Source: Schmidtea nova
Taxonomy: Eukaryota
NCBI GenBank assembly: GCA_044892505.1
Contig: CM097882.1
Span: forward strand, 289,912,001-289,976,000
Direction of reading: 5' to 3'
Length of the DNA: 64,000 bases
Below, one piece after another: positions 36,942-49,249 of this stretch. The position numbers and the translations under genes are program-made. Each line of letters starts with the position of its first letter. Position 1 is the first letter of the stretch. The notes beneath the pieces were generated by a model. That model saw only the letters and a list, made by a program, of their open reading frames with translations, made no database searches and was not told the origin of the DNA.

Positions 36942-37275
36942 TTAACCTCTTTACCGTTTTATTTTTTTTGGAATTGCATGCCAATTCTGTCACTTAAATT
37001 TGAGAATTTTTTAAAAACTTTTCTTATATTATAAGCAGCATTTATATTATACATGTCTACACATCAGCAATGCATATCATATTTAGATGTTGCTACATGA
37101 AGTAGAACGGAGCCATTTATTTGTGACGAATATATTCGTGGCGACCGGGCTACGACAGTCTTTTTTTATATTGGACGAGTTAACTCGGATGAATGGGAAA
37201 TGGATTCAGTCTGAAAAAAAAATTGAAAAATGATCAATTCTGAAAAAGATATGATTCTATATAGGACCATACATA

Positions 37276-37485
37276 CCGTATTTTCCTGGGTATTAGTCGC
37301 ACCAACCTAATTTTTCGATTTTTTCTAAAAAATCATTATTTGTTTTTTCTTCTGGAAATTTGGCTGGACATTTGTTGGTTTGGTTAGAAAAAAAATAAAA
37401 ATTATCATTTAAGTCGCTTCTTTATATTAGTCGCACTTGTATTTTTAACGAAAATAAGTAGCGACTTATACGACAAAAAATACGG
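37276..37485. mobile_element. Tc1/pogo-type MITE
   Basis: TA-CCGTATTTT...TATTAGTCGC and GCGACTTATA...AAAATACGG-TA. Confidence 0.75.
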
Positions 37486-38498
37486 TATATAACATGATCA
37501 AAAGTCATATTTCAGTTGTTACATTCCGTACAGTTTGGGCTTTTATATCCTTGCGAATTAATAAATAAGTTTTTCAACTCCCATAATGTCTACTACTAAC
37601 TAAAAATTGAAACATGCAATTAAAATGGTCAGATTTAAACTATTTTTTTATATTATACGTGTTGGGTTTATTTTTAAGTCGGTATAAATTTCTAATTTCT
37701 CGTGCTATTTTTAAAATCAATTTTAGTCACTCAACACAAAAACTTTTATTTGAGTTCTGGCGTTAGGGGTAAGTCTTCCAACGGGAGATCCCCCTTTTGG
37801 TACGCCATAATTAATTTGATAGGGCTAATATTTTCTGTTTTAATATGTTCTACTCTTACTAACCTTTTTGAATTTACTGAATTCATCTTCGACTAACTGA
37901 CAATTAGAAAATTTTTGGATCCCTTACATAGGGCTTTCTAAAACAACAAAATAATTAACTTATGTATTTTCAGGAATTTTCCTGGAACTAATTCAATAAT
38001 TGAGATCTTTCAATTATTGATTGTGCCCCACCATCTTCTAATTTTCTAAGTTTCCTTGATCACACAAGATTTAAACTTTAATTTATTAATTAGTTTATTA
38101 ACCGCTCGGGTTTTCCATTGGTTCGGGCTTCCCTTTAACCAATTAAGTTTATTTATTATTTTTAATTAATTTGTCCTTTCTTAATATCTTTTACGAGGCT
38201 CCTAATTGATTTTATATTATTATATCTGTTCTCGTCTCGTCGTTTGGCATCCGCTCATACCCGATTCACCCGAAAAATGTTAATTTTTTGTTTTTCCAAA
38301 ATTTTAATAACGTTTTGTACTTTATTTGTTGATTTCTAAATTTTTACGAATTTACCCGTTCTATCGACCTACTCTTAATTTTTTGTGTATTCCATTTAAT
38401 TTTTATGCCAATCTAGACAACTTCAACATACGACTCAAAATTTAAAACTTTTTGTTAGACTTGCTATTGCCGTTTTAAATTACAAAAATAAAAAATCC

Positions 38499-38708
38499 NN
38501 NNNNNNNNNNNNNNNNNNNNNNNNNNNNNNNNNNNNNNNNNNNNNNNNNNNNNNNNNNNNNNNNNNNNNNNNNNNNNNNNNNNNNNNNNNNNNNNNNNNN
38601 NNNNNNNNNNNNNNNNNNNNNNNNNNNNNNNNNNNNNNNNNNNNNNNNNNNNNNNNNNNNNNNNNNNNNNNNNNNNNNNNNNNNNNNNNNNNNNNNNNNN
38701 NNNNNNNN
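38499..38708. other. Assembly gap (210 N)
   Basis: Run of N. Confidence 1.
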
Positions 38709-39071
38709 TGACCTTCGCATTCAACAGTATTACATTTTAAATAAATACTTTTAAATGCAAAGGTCACACTATAAGATGAGAAACCATATATTTGGATTCA
38801 GAATTTAACAAATAGAATTTTAACAAATCTATTTTGGTGTATTGCAATATTAATATTATAAAAATAAAATCCAAAATAATTATTTATATTTTAAATCGAG
38901 TGTTCCCAGTACGGATATTTTTATTAATTAAAAATCTTTGAATTTAATGAATACAAAAACTTATATGAATACAAAAACTCATCCCCCATACTTAACACGT
39001 TGGCAGCCTCGCCTACGACTCACTCGGGGCACCGGGAGACCGACAACTGCCTGTGTGCATTTTCTGTTTGA

Positions 39072-39838
39072 CGGGTATATCCCAAACTTCTTTGGCTCTG
39101 GACCCACTTGGAAATATTTTTGACATCTCGGGACCCACTGAATAAAATTAAGCATCGAGTACTCAGTAATATCTCATAAATTGGGTCTTGGTTCATCGCC
39201 TGAGTCAGTTGAAATAAATCCGTAAGTCAGATTTGATTCATAATATTTAATCTTCGGCGGACATGTCTTCTTTGTACTCAGAGGTCGATTATCAAGAGTT
39301 GAACCAGCGTCATTGTCCGTCTCTGACTCTGAGCTATGACCACTCACACATGAGAAAGATTCGCGTTTTCGTTTCAAAAATTTATCCATATTTATTTTTT
39401 TCGAATATTTTTAATAATTAAAAAATTGAATTTGTTACGTTTAAATAAACATTGTTTATTATTTAAATAGCAGCTATTTTTCAGGTAAACAATACAAAGT
39501 AAAATAATTTGTATATTTAAACAAGATGGCAAATAAATTAAATTTAGATGTTATTAATATTAAATTTGCAAACATTTCTCAAAGCTTTTATAAAAAAACT
39601 TCCAATGCATAATATAGCTTTTATTTTCGATCATTAGTATAACAAGTAGAAGCTAGCTATAGCCCAATCATAGTCAAATGTTGTTGTTCCGCTAGTTATA
39701 CCGGAATAAAGTATGAAATTTGCGGGTTACTGAAATAAAAGACGAAAAAAGTTATGTTTTCCTAAAAACTTTCGCGACCCACTTGCCAGAGCTTGGCGAC
39801 CCACTTTTGGGTCGCGACCCACAGTTTGGGAACCTCTG
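39072..39838 (-). mobile_element. Internally deleted hAT (Buster/Charlie-like) element retaining the transposase N-terminus (39174-39389)
   Basis: Terminus CAGAGGTTCCCAAACTGTGGGTCGCGACCC with subterminal GCGACCCAC repeats; MDKFLKRK...YGF...PRP N-terminus; degenerate opposite TIR TCCCAAAC at about 39080. Confidence 0.8.
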
Positions 39839-39857
39839 GTCTAGAAGATACGTTACG

Positions 39858-40560
39858 GCCACATGTTTGCCTCTGGATGAAACCTAGAACATATATATGG
39901 ACCGTAGAAACCAACGTTACAGCTATAATTATTTTTGGATGTTAGTTAAATTCGTTTATAAGTGGTGTTATAGATTTCTTCCACTATTCATTTTACGTGA
40001 AATATTAGTTGATTGGTTTATGTTTTACTTAAAGGATTGCAAATATTCAAAGAATTTGTGGGTTTGATGAAAGTGGTAAGTATTATTGTGGAATTTGATG
40101 AACATGTGATTGTAAAAAGTAAATATCATCATGGAAATCGTATACGAACTCAATGTATATATTGTGCTTTCGAGAGAATGACAATTGTAAAAATGAACGT
40201 GTTTCAAACCGGCGAGCGTCCACATGGTACTCGTATCATAACAGATGGCAAGCGTTGTTAAAGCGGATTATGTAATAGACGGAAATACAAACACTAATGA
40301 CGTTGTCATATATTGAGGATAATTTCATGGATGCAGCTGATAATAGAATTCATATTCAAAATATATAATCTGTGAACTAGAATTAAGGAATTAAATCTTA
40401 TGACTGAAGAGCTTATTTATTCAAGTTTGTGGTGAGAGGCATTCAAAAATGATCCATTCACTTCTATCATGAGATACAATCAATGTCCTATGTGAATTTT
40501 TTGCTAATATACCTTTGGGATATAAAACAAAGCTATTTTATAATTGGTGGTTTTGAGATC
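39858..40560 (+). pseudogene. Highly decayed Merlin/IS1016-like transposase
   Basis: IIVEFDEHVIVKSKYHHGNR...CAFER and GTRIITDG motifs. Confidence 0.65.
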
Positions 40561-41010
40561 AAAAACTACGCTTAAAGTAAAGAACACCGAAATTGAATAT
40601 CGGCATTAATGGGAGTGTTGCTATTTATTAAATTTAAAGAGCACTGAATCAACCAAGAATTTATTAGTCGATAAATAACCGACATCATGCCCGATGTCAT
40701 CATATTTGGCTACATCAACCCCATAAGCAGGACATTCCCAATATCATGCGACAGCAAATAAATTCCAAGCTGGATTGACCAATCAAAATGCAATAAAATT
40801 CACGCAAAAAAACAAGTTAAATAATTGTTTAATAAACACAATAATCGTTTGTTAAAATATATCCACACGCATCCCTAATTATCCATTAACAATCAATAAT
40901 AAATAAACAAATGAAACACTCAGGGCAGCCAAAAAAGAAAACTAGAAAGCTTGATTTATTCAATCAAGAGTTGTAGAAAATTATTTTTATCTCGATAAAT
41001 AATTGTCTTG

Positions 41011-41937
41011 TTATGATGCCCAAGCTTCAAGATCCGCCAACTCGTCTTCTTCTTTCCGATCTAACAAGTGAAAAATATTAATGATGAAAATGCAATTATT
41101 TTTTCTCTTCAATACTTTTCTTTTCACGCGTAAGTTCATGTTGAGGTGCACTGGGTAACCCAATTATGGGATCTGTATTAGCTGTACGTCCAGAAACATC
41201 CAATAAAGCACTTTCCAAGTCTTCCTCTTGTAACGATTCCAGTTCTCTCAACAGTTCATCCTCGTCATAATCATGTCCGAATCCAACTGGATTCGACACA
41301 GCATCGGCGATTTCTTTCGCTAATTCTTGTTGTTCTTGAATCTCATCCATTACATCGTGAACTTTGTCAACATCCCTATTTTTCAGTAGAATTATTATTA
41401 TTTATTTATTTATATTTATATGCACAATTCAATATAATTAATATTTAATTAAATTAAATAATTTCAATTAATTTCTAATATTATTTGTAATAAGTTTAAC
41501 AAATGTAAACAATGCGATACTTACATGTTCTGATGAGCGGATTTCAGTGATTGAGATGCGACTTGCATAGCTTTCAATACTTCTGTATTCGTACTAGCAT
41601 TTTCTAAAGCCTCGACTTGAAATTCTACTGTTGTAAGTGTGCCATCTATTTGAGTTAATTGTTTTTCATAGCGTTTTTTACGAGCCAATGCTTGTAGAGC
41701 AGCTACAAAATGAATTTTAAAATATTAATAATAAAATAACTATTTATATAAATCAATACCTCGTTTATTTTTAGTTCCATGTTTTTTAGCTGTAGTTAAT
41801 TCTTGTTCGATTTTTTTTTCTAAAAAGTCTTGCTTTTTCAAAAGCATATCTTGAATTCCTTTCAATTTTTGAATAGCATCTTGAGGTGATTCACCAGTTT
41901 CCTTTTTCTTACGTCCAAAAAAAGCTCCTAAACTCAT
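41011..41937 (-). CDS. CHMP4: Charged multivesicular body protein 4 / Snf7 / Shrub (ESCRT-III), 221 aa; exons 41760-41937, 41525-41702, 41116-41375, 41011-41060
   Basis: GT-AG introns of 57, 149 and 55 bp join in frame (666 nt). Motifs: AIQKLK...MLLKKQDFLEKKIEQEL...KNKRAALQALARKKRYEKQLTQIDGTL, DVDKVHDVMDEI, DEDELLRELESL, C-terminal ELADLEAWAS. Confidence 0.96.
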
Positions 41938-42299
41938 TTAAAAAATTTTTCAGGTAAACAATACAAAGTAAAATAATTTGTATATTTAAACAAGATGGCA
42001 AATAAATTAAATTTAGATGTTATTAATATTAAATTTGCAAACATTTCTCAAAGCTTTTATAAAAAAACTTCCAATGCATAATATAGCTTTTATTTTCGTA
42101 AAATAATATTAATTAATGTACTCTAAAAACTTTTTCAAAAGATTAACACTAAATATTCTTAGAAAATAGTCAGTCTTATTGGTAGAAGTTATTTGTTTGA
42201 GTAAAATACATTCTTTGATATGTCTGATGATCATTGAGGTATTAGAACAGACGTCCTTAACCGTTTGCTGGGTTACAGATGTGTTGGTGTACTACTTAT

Positions 42300-42560
42300 G
42301 TTATAACCATTATTGTGGTGGGTTGTTGACCGTCAATATGACCTTGACGTTTCTATGGCTCTCATCAACAACTCAACACATAAAACATTGAAACTACCAC
42401 CTTGTTACCCGTCACTATGTAACGTTGGTACTGTAACAAGTGGGTGGGTATTCGCAATCAGTGAGCGTCGTCAATACGAAACTATGATTGACCGAATATC
42501 TCCTGGGTCCAAGGGCTACCGATAGAAGGTTTAATGCCCGTTTTTGTCCCCTTAAATTAA
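42300..42560. repeat. Dispersed repeat, copy 1 (copy 2 at about 46605-46860); probably a retroelement non-coding segment
   Basis: GGTGGGTTGTTGA.CGTCAATATGACCTTGACGTT...GCTACCGATAGAAGGTTTAATGCCC is shared by both copies. Confidence 0.8.
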
Positions 42561-45500
42561 CCGCTCTATCACTGTAGATTCTTCATTCGAGATTTTCATT
42601 TGAATATTTTCGCTAAATCGTGATTCATTTATTCATCAATTAATTTATTTGAGCGCTTTTATTCTATTCGCAAGCATGCATTCGAAAATATTATCGCAAC
42701 TCAATTAGGTGATCAATTATTCCTTCAGAAAATGCATATATTTGGGAATATACAAATTGCTCTTATTTAGACCCAAATTTTTATCATTATCGCAATTTCC
42801 TTAAATTGTTATGTTTTTTATATTTAAAATTTATGTAAACTTTATTTATATTCAAATCCTATTGTCTATCTTGCTTTGAATTTATAATAGAAAATTTATT
42901 AAAATTTCAACATTTTGATTTTAAAATTTTGCTGAGGCCTTAGTAACGAAATTGATTTAGTAAAACTTTTGCTTATAATTTATAATCATCAGATTTCGGT
43001 CTTTTGAAATTATTTAATTCTTGAATTTAATTTAAAAAATTTTTTGCATTTTTAAATTAATTTGGTACAAAATTAGCTGCAATTTTCTGATTCAAAATAT
43101 TCCCCTTGTTTAAACTAATAGAAAAATTTATTTCTCCTAATGTATAAACGGCGACAATTTAAATCAGAATTCATTGATTTCCAATATCATAACATTTGTT
43201 CACCAAATATTCAATCCAGGAATTCTCGGACATTCATCGACCTCAAATTTATAGGCAATAGTAGGTATGATATACTTTGAAGGTTTTATTAATGCTATCT
43301 TTTAGCTTTTCAGGACAATTGAGCTCAAATTCTCAAACCAATTACAATTTAGAAATCTTCCAAAAAAAAATCGTTGATCACTACTGATCCGAATTTCAGT
43401 GGAGTAATTAAATTTTTCGATTTTCCCCTGTTATATGGAGAATGATCATAATATATCTATTCAAATATAACTTAATGTGTTCTATGACTTTTTAATTTTT
43501 GATTGGTAAAGTGTGATGATTAAGATGGTATGATGTTGTGATGATAAATTTCCTAATTATTGTTTTCAGATATTCATCGAAAAATAATCAATAAAAATAA
43601 ATTCTAATAAAAACAAATTTTTTAAAAAATAGTTTGTTGAGGAATTGTTTACGGGTATGAATGTCACTCGACGACTTTTATAGTCTTCCTGAAGGGTATT
43701 ACTCCGTTCGCTGGGTAGGTCAACTCAAACGATAGGAGGTCTAGGTACATGTGGAATTTCACCACATGGTATTAGAATTAACCCATCCCTTTTCTTGAAA
43801 TAAGTTTCATGGGTACCGTATATTATTGATGAATGTAGTGATTGTAGGCTCGTGTGTATCTAATATAGAAATAATAGTACAATATAACGAGGTAGATATC
43901 CTATTGTTTGTGAATGTATGAGTTTGTATGTCATTTTAGTTGGATGAGATGAAGTATAATGACTGTAGGTTCTATTGTTACTGTTGGGTTTGTGTGTGAT
44001 TTGTGGATGGGTGATTGAAAACAATTGAGTGCTCGTGAGTGCGGTCAGATGTACGATTCCAACTAGCATGTCTGTGTGGAATTTTTGGTATGGCTTGCCT
44101 GTGTGTTTATTATTGTTGAATGTTATTGAATGACACTGTGTATGTGTGTATATTGTATTTTATATGTATGTTGTTTGTGTATTAGTATGGATGATGCTAT
44201 TGAGTGAAAAGGGTGTAAATTTTTGCAACGAGTGATGTATCATTATTTTTAAGATATCGTGGGGGTGGTTATATTATAAATTATATAAAATAATCCTAAA
44301 ATTAAATTAATAATAATAATTTTTAAATCAAAATAATAATAATAGTCTTTACAATACTTTTATGGATTTTGAATTTCTAATTTTTTTTTAAATGATGATA
44401 AAATTTATAAGTTTAAATTTAAATTTTTATATTTTAAGAATAACTATATTAATCGTAAATTTTTTTCTATAAAGTTTCGAATTCAGATTTTTATAAAAAG
44501 ATAAAAATTATTAATATAATAATAAAATTTCAATCTATAATTTTATGGGGTTTAATACATCTTTTGATTTGCAAATTCTCTGGAATTTTATGAAATGATA
44601 AGATCTTTTATATATTAATAATATTAGGAAAATATTTGGTTTACAATTTTTTCATGATAAAATCTCTGCAGCATAATAAAAAGCAAATTTTTATTCTTGA
44701 TCAAAATGAAATAATAATAAATTTTTATCCATAAATTTCGAAATCCAAACAAGCATTCAACCTAAAAAGTTTTATATACTGAATAAAAAATAAAAATCAT
44801 AAATTATAAATTCTTCAAAGAATATTTTTCGATATCGAGCAAAATGAATTTCGGTTTTGTTGAGCATGAATTTCCCAATTAAAGTGCGCGCAATTTTTTC
44901 GGGGCGCTTCACTTAAGAATTTCATTCTCTCGAAAACGAGGTCCACTGGAGAAACTTATTTAGACAATAATGAGTTTAATTCAGATCAAATAAATACTTG
45001 TTTCACAATTCGTTTCATTTCGTGAGCATTATTCTAGACTTGAGCATTATTTCGAACCATTTTCTTTTCATCATTAGCTTCCATTTTTCTTGCGTTTTCT
45101 CATAAGATGATCGTCGTTGAGAGTGTGAAGGTGAAGGTGAGTACGAGTCGATTTTTTAATCAAAAATATTTCCTATTTTAGATTTCAAGACATGAGTTAG
45201 AAAATGTTGTATTATATTACGAGATTGCTTATGTAAAATAATAATAATATACTACTCTATTATAATAACGATCATTAGTATAACAAATCCTTGCTCTTGG
45301 CCATACCACGATTCCCCAGTTGGGATGACGAGATTATGGATGTATGAGCCTCACCTTAAAGTGGAAATATGGGCTGGCCGATTACCAATCAGACAACGAT
45401 CCACCCAGGCTACTAACAGATCCGCACAACCAAGGCTGGACGGATCGTCAGAAGATATGGGAGAAAAAAAATTTTTTATTTATTTTCATAATTTTATTTA

Positions 45501-45750
45501 ATTTGCTACTTGAAATGAGATTTTCTGAATGTGTTGGAAATTTGTAACAAAAAAAATTTTTACAAGAAAAATTGATAAAAACTAATCATTAAATATTTTA
45601 ATAATATCATAATAAAAATACATAATCCATAAAATAATAAATAACATATTAATAAACAAAGGGCGAGGAATGGAAGGATCGTTAGGCATGATAACGACCA
45701 TTCCAATCCCAATAAAAATAATAATAACAATCAATCAAATTAACCCTTAC

Positions 45751-45900
45751 GGTTCTAGTCTTCGGAAAGGTTCTTATCTTGATCCAAATAGGTAAATTAA
45801 AATTCGGCTTTTGGTTTTCTTTTGGTTCTAGTCTTCGGAAAGGTTCTTATCTTGATCCAAATAGGTAAATTAAAATTCGGCTTTTGGTTTTCTTTTGGTT
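45751..45900. repeat. Exact tandem duplication, 73 bp x2
   Basis: GGTTCTAGTCTTCGGAAAGG...GGTTTTCTTTT repeated. Confidence 0.92.
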
Positions 45901-47969
45901 AAATTGAAGTTCGAATGAAATGGTACAACTCGATTCAACGCAAATTAATAATAAAAAAAAATTTTCCACAAATTCTGAATTCTGCCATTTTGATGGCGGT
46001 ATATATACCCTCAATTTTTCGCTATCTTCAGTAGTGCAATAAAACAAATTGTTCTAGAATTTTCTCTTAATTTTTTCTAAATTAATTCTAATGATTTTCC
46101 GAAAATTAATTCCATATTTTTGTATAATAATTTTTTATAAACTATAAATAATTTATTTTAATTCAAAATTTTTATGTTTGAATCGAAATTTGTTCGATTT
46201 GATTTAATTTATGATATTTCGATCCATATCAATTCTCTCTACTGTTAAATGTGAAATTTTGTGATAAATTCACAATTTTCTTCTAAAATTTTGTTAATTT
46301 TTCTGTACTGAAGATTTTATGACAAAATTCTGTTCTTTATAGGCATTTTCAATGGGTTTTCCGCCTATTCTAACTTACAAACGTTCTGCTTTTAATTTTT
46401 TCTCAAGATTTCGGTGAAAACCTTACAAATTCGCAGTTAGCGCGTACTCTACCGGTTGATGTGTTTTGATTCCACTTCACCTTTTGATGCTTTCCACTTA
46501 ATTGTTGGATTTTTTATGGATGCTAGGGTTAAAAATGGAATCTTGCGCGTTCTCTACCTATGGGATTATCGCTTTATTAAAACAAATTGCGTTTTGGCCC
46601 AACACTTGTGTTGTTGGTGGGTTGTTGATCGTCAATATGACCTTGACGTTGTTATGGCTCCCATCAACAACTCAACAAACAAAACATTAGTTTAACCATC
46701 TTGTTGCCCGTCACAATGTAACGTTGTTAATGCAAAAAAATGGGTGGGTATTCGCAATCAGCGAGGGTCGAAAAATTCGAAACTATGATTGACTGAACAT
46801 CTCCTGGGTTCAAGTGCTACCGATAGAAGGTTTAATGCCCATTTTGTCCCTTCTTTAACCATTTATCTAGAACATTTAATAAAATGTTATCGGCAATTCA
46901 ACATAAATATTTTACATCAATATAAATTTATTATTACATTCAAACAAATCATTCCTAGCATCAAAAACACTAGAATAACATTAAAGTTTTCGAATATTGC
47001 AAGTTATGATAATTAGAAAAAGGAAAAAAAAACTCAATCCGTATTTAAAATCTTTAACGAAAAACTTTAATTAGAAACGTTACTTTAAAATTAAATTTTA
47101 TTTTATAATTTACCATTTTATTATTAAATTAGAAAGGCTAAATTCACCAACACAAATCTCAGATAACAATCGCAATTCAAATAATATACCAGAGGTAAGC
47201 TAAGAATATCGAATTATTTTATTTAATAATCATACTTTAAGGCCAGATGAATCACGATAGATGATGCAGTCATCAAACGCGGAACCAGCTATGGATCATC
47301 AAGAGAAACGTTAAACTGCTCAGAAATCCAATCACACACCAAATACGACTGTCAATTCGGACCAACGGTTAATATTATTATTTAATAATCATCATTTATC
47401 CGATAACGTTCAATTTCAGAAAACTTTGAAGAGGAAAGACATCGGAATCCGGCTTTGCAAAACTCACAAGCAAGACATTGTTGGAGATGTCTATATTAAT
47501 GTTATTGGTCATTTGTGGCTTCAAATTATTCAGTCATTTGTGGTTTTAAATTTTTTAATAAAGGTTTCTAATGCATTTTTTATTTTATTGTATGAATGAG
47601 AGTCTGTTGCAGTTTGAGAAATTTTGGAATTTTAACAATTGATTCTCTTTTCAATGATATTAATAAATAAAAATTTCTTGTGGTATTTTTATTTTCTTTT
47701 TATAATAGTGAAATTATAAGGTTTATTATTGAGTTGTGAGTAGAATGATTGAAAATGACTGGAGATATGCGTACTTTTATTATTAATTCAAAGCATCCCG
47801 GTATGGTTAAAGGTCGGATGTTGATAGATGAATTTCTTTACGTATGAGAGTTGTTGAATGATATTTTGAGTAAAAATGTCTGGATGCATTGTGCTGTAAG
47901 GGGGTATGGATATATGAGTTTTTATGTGTGACATGAGATGTGGATGTAGATTGTTGATTGCAAGTTTGT

Positions 47970-49088
47970 GTGTATGTACACTATTGCTGTTGGTGTGTTT
48001 ACTAATTTTAGTCTTTCTGTTGTCTCTCTATGCTGGAATGTTCTTGTTCTCTTGAGCTGTTCCATTTCTTGTTTGGTGGTTGAATCATATTTGGGCTCGT
48101 CATAAACTTTTCCTAGTATTTCCTCGAATTCAGCTTCTTGTTATAGCATAATTCGACATTTATTCACATCTGCCTTATAGATCAATGATGATGCACCGGT
48201 ATTATATGATCTATGTTGTACAGAACAGCTTGGAAAATTTCTCATTGATAACGTATCTGGATCAAAATATCCCGCATATGTCTCTAATTTCACTTGATAC
48301 ATTTCTATTACTACTACATTGCTGACCACTTTTCCCAATATATTGTATGCTCCTCCTTTACAACTTCCGTTTGGTTTATTGACGTATCCTGCTGCAAATA
48401 CTCTTGTTATTTTAATTGCTCCTGGTTGGACAGCTATTATTATGTTTCCTGCTAAAGTTATCCGTTTTGAGGTAAACGCTTCATTGCACTATTCGCTATC
48501 CAGTGATATTACCGTTGATTCCATTCCTGGTTCAATAATTGATGAGTACGAATATTGTCCACAGTAATACGCAAATAATTTTCTCGTAACCGCGCATTCC
48601 CTTATTTCAGCTTTGATGAGGTCTGATTCATGATACACGTTGTAACCTATTTTATTCACAACTTGTTCCAATTTTTTCGGTGTGGCTTGTTTGTAATCTT
48701 CCGTGTGTTTTAATGAATATTTCTCGCTAAGTTCGATTTTGTCGTAATCGTATACTACAAACGCTGTTGCTCCTTTTATGCACATCATCCAAATCAGTAC
48801 TGTGGTCAATATTGCATGCATACTCTTCCCATATGCTCTTTGATCACGAAAGTTCATTGATTCTTCGAATTCTGTTAATAATTCTCTCAAATTTACTTGC
48901 ATGGTTTCGGTTTGATCTATTTTATCTACTGAGTTGATGAATGTTTTCCAACCTCCTTGTTTCATTACATACGGCTCTATCAGTTTTTCAATGATTTCCG
49001 TTATCGTAAATATATGACCATTTGGACTGAGTAGTATATACAGAGTTAGATATCCCGCAGATTTTGAAACCCTATGCCAGCAAAACAT
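47970..49088 (-). pseudogene. Fragment of a polyprotein: Bcl-2-like BH1/BH2 segment, signal peptide and chuvirus-like envelope glycoprotein N-terminus (in-frame stops at 48489 and 48141)
   Basis: CWHRV ... YVMKQGGWKTFI; hydrophobic AILTTVLIWMMCIKGATA; then FVVYD(C>Y)...YSL...D(C>Y)...ECAV...YYCGQYSYSS...C...GSCKG. Confidence 0.65.
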
Positions 49089-49249
49089 TTAACTAATTCA
49101 CTAATGCGGGACGGATTCGCCCACAACCGTTCATTTCGCTCATGTTTTATAAGCGGGCATGGGTTTTCAAAATCTCCAGGATATCCAACTCCATATATAC
49201 TACTATGATTTTTACTTGCCCGCAAAACATAATTAAAATTTTATTCTTA

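Noticed and set aside
38464-38767. ORFs spanning X runs
   Set aside because: Assembly gap.
41096-41115. CHMP4 ending at SIEEKK* as given in the ORF track
   Set aside because: A 55-bp GT-AG intron leads to the conserved acidic ...LEAWAS C-terminus instead.
46845-46865. Possible PBS (minus strand TGGTTAAAGAAGGGAC)
   Set aside because: Could not match it to a tRNA 3' end or define an adjacent LTR.
41011-49088. Functional link between ESCRT-III CHMP4 (virus budding) and the nearby env remnant
   Set aside because: CHMP4 is an ordinary intron-containing host gene. Proximity in a TE-dense region is adequately explained by chance.
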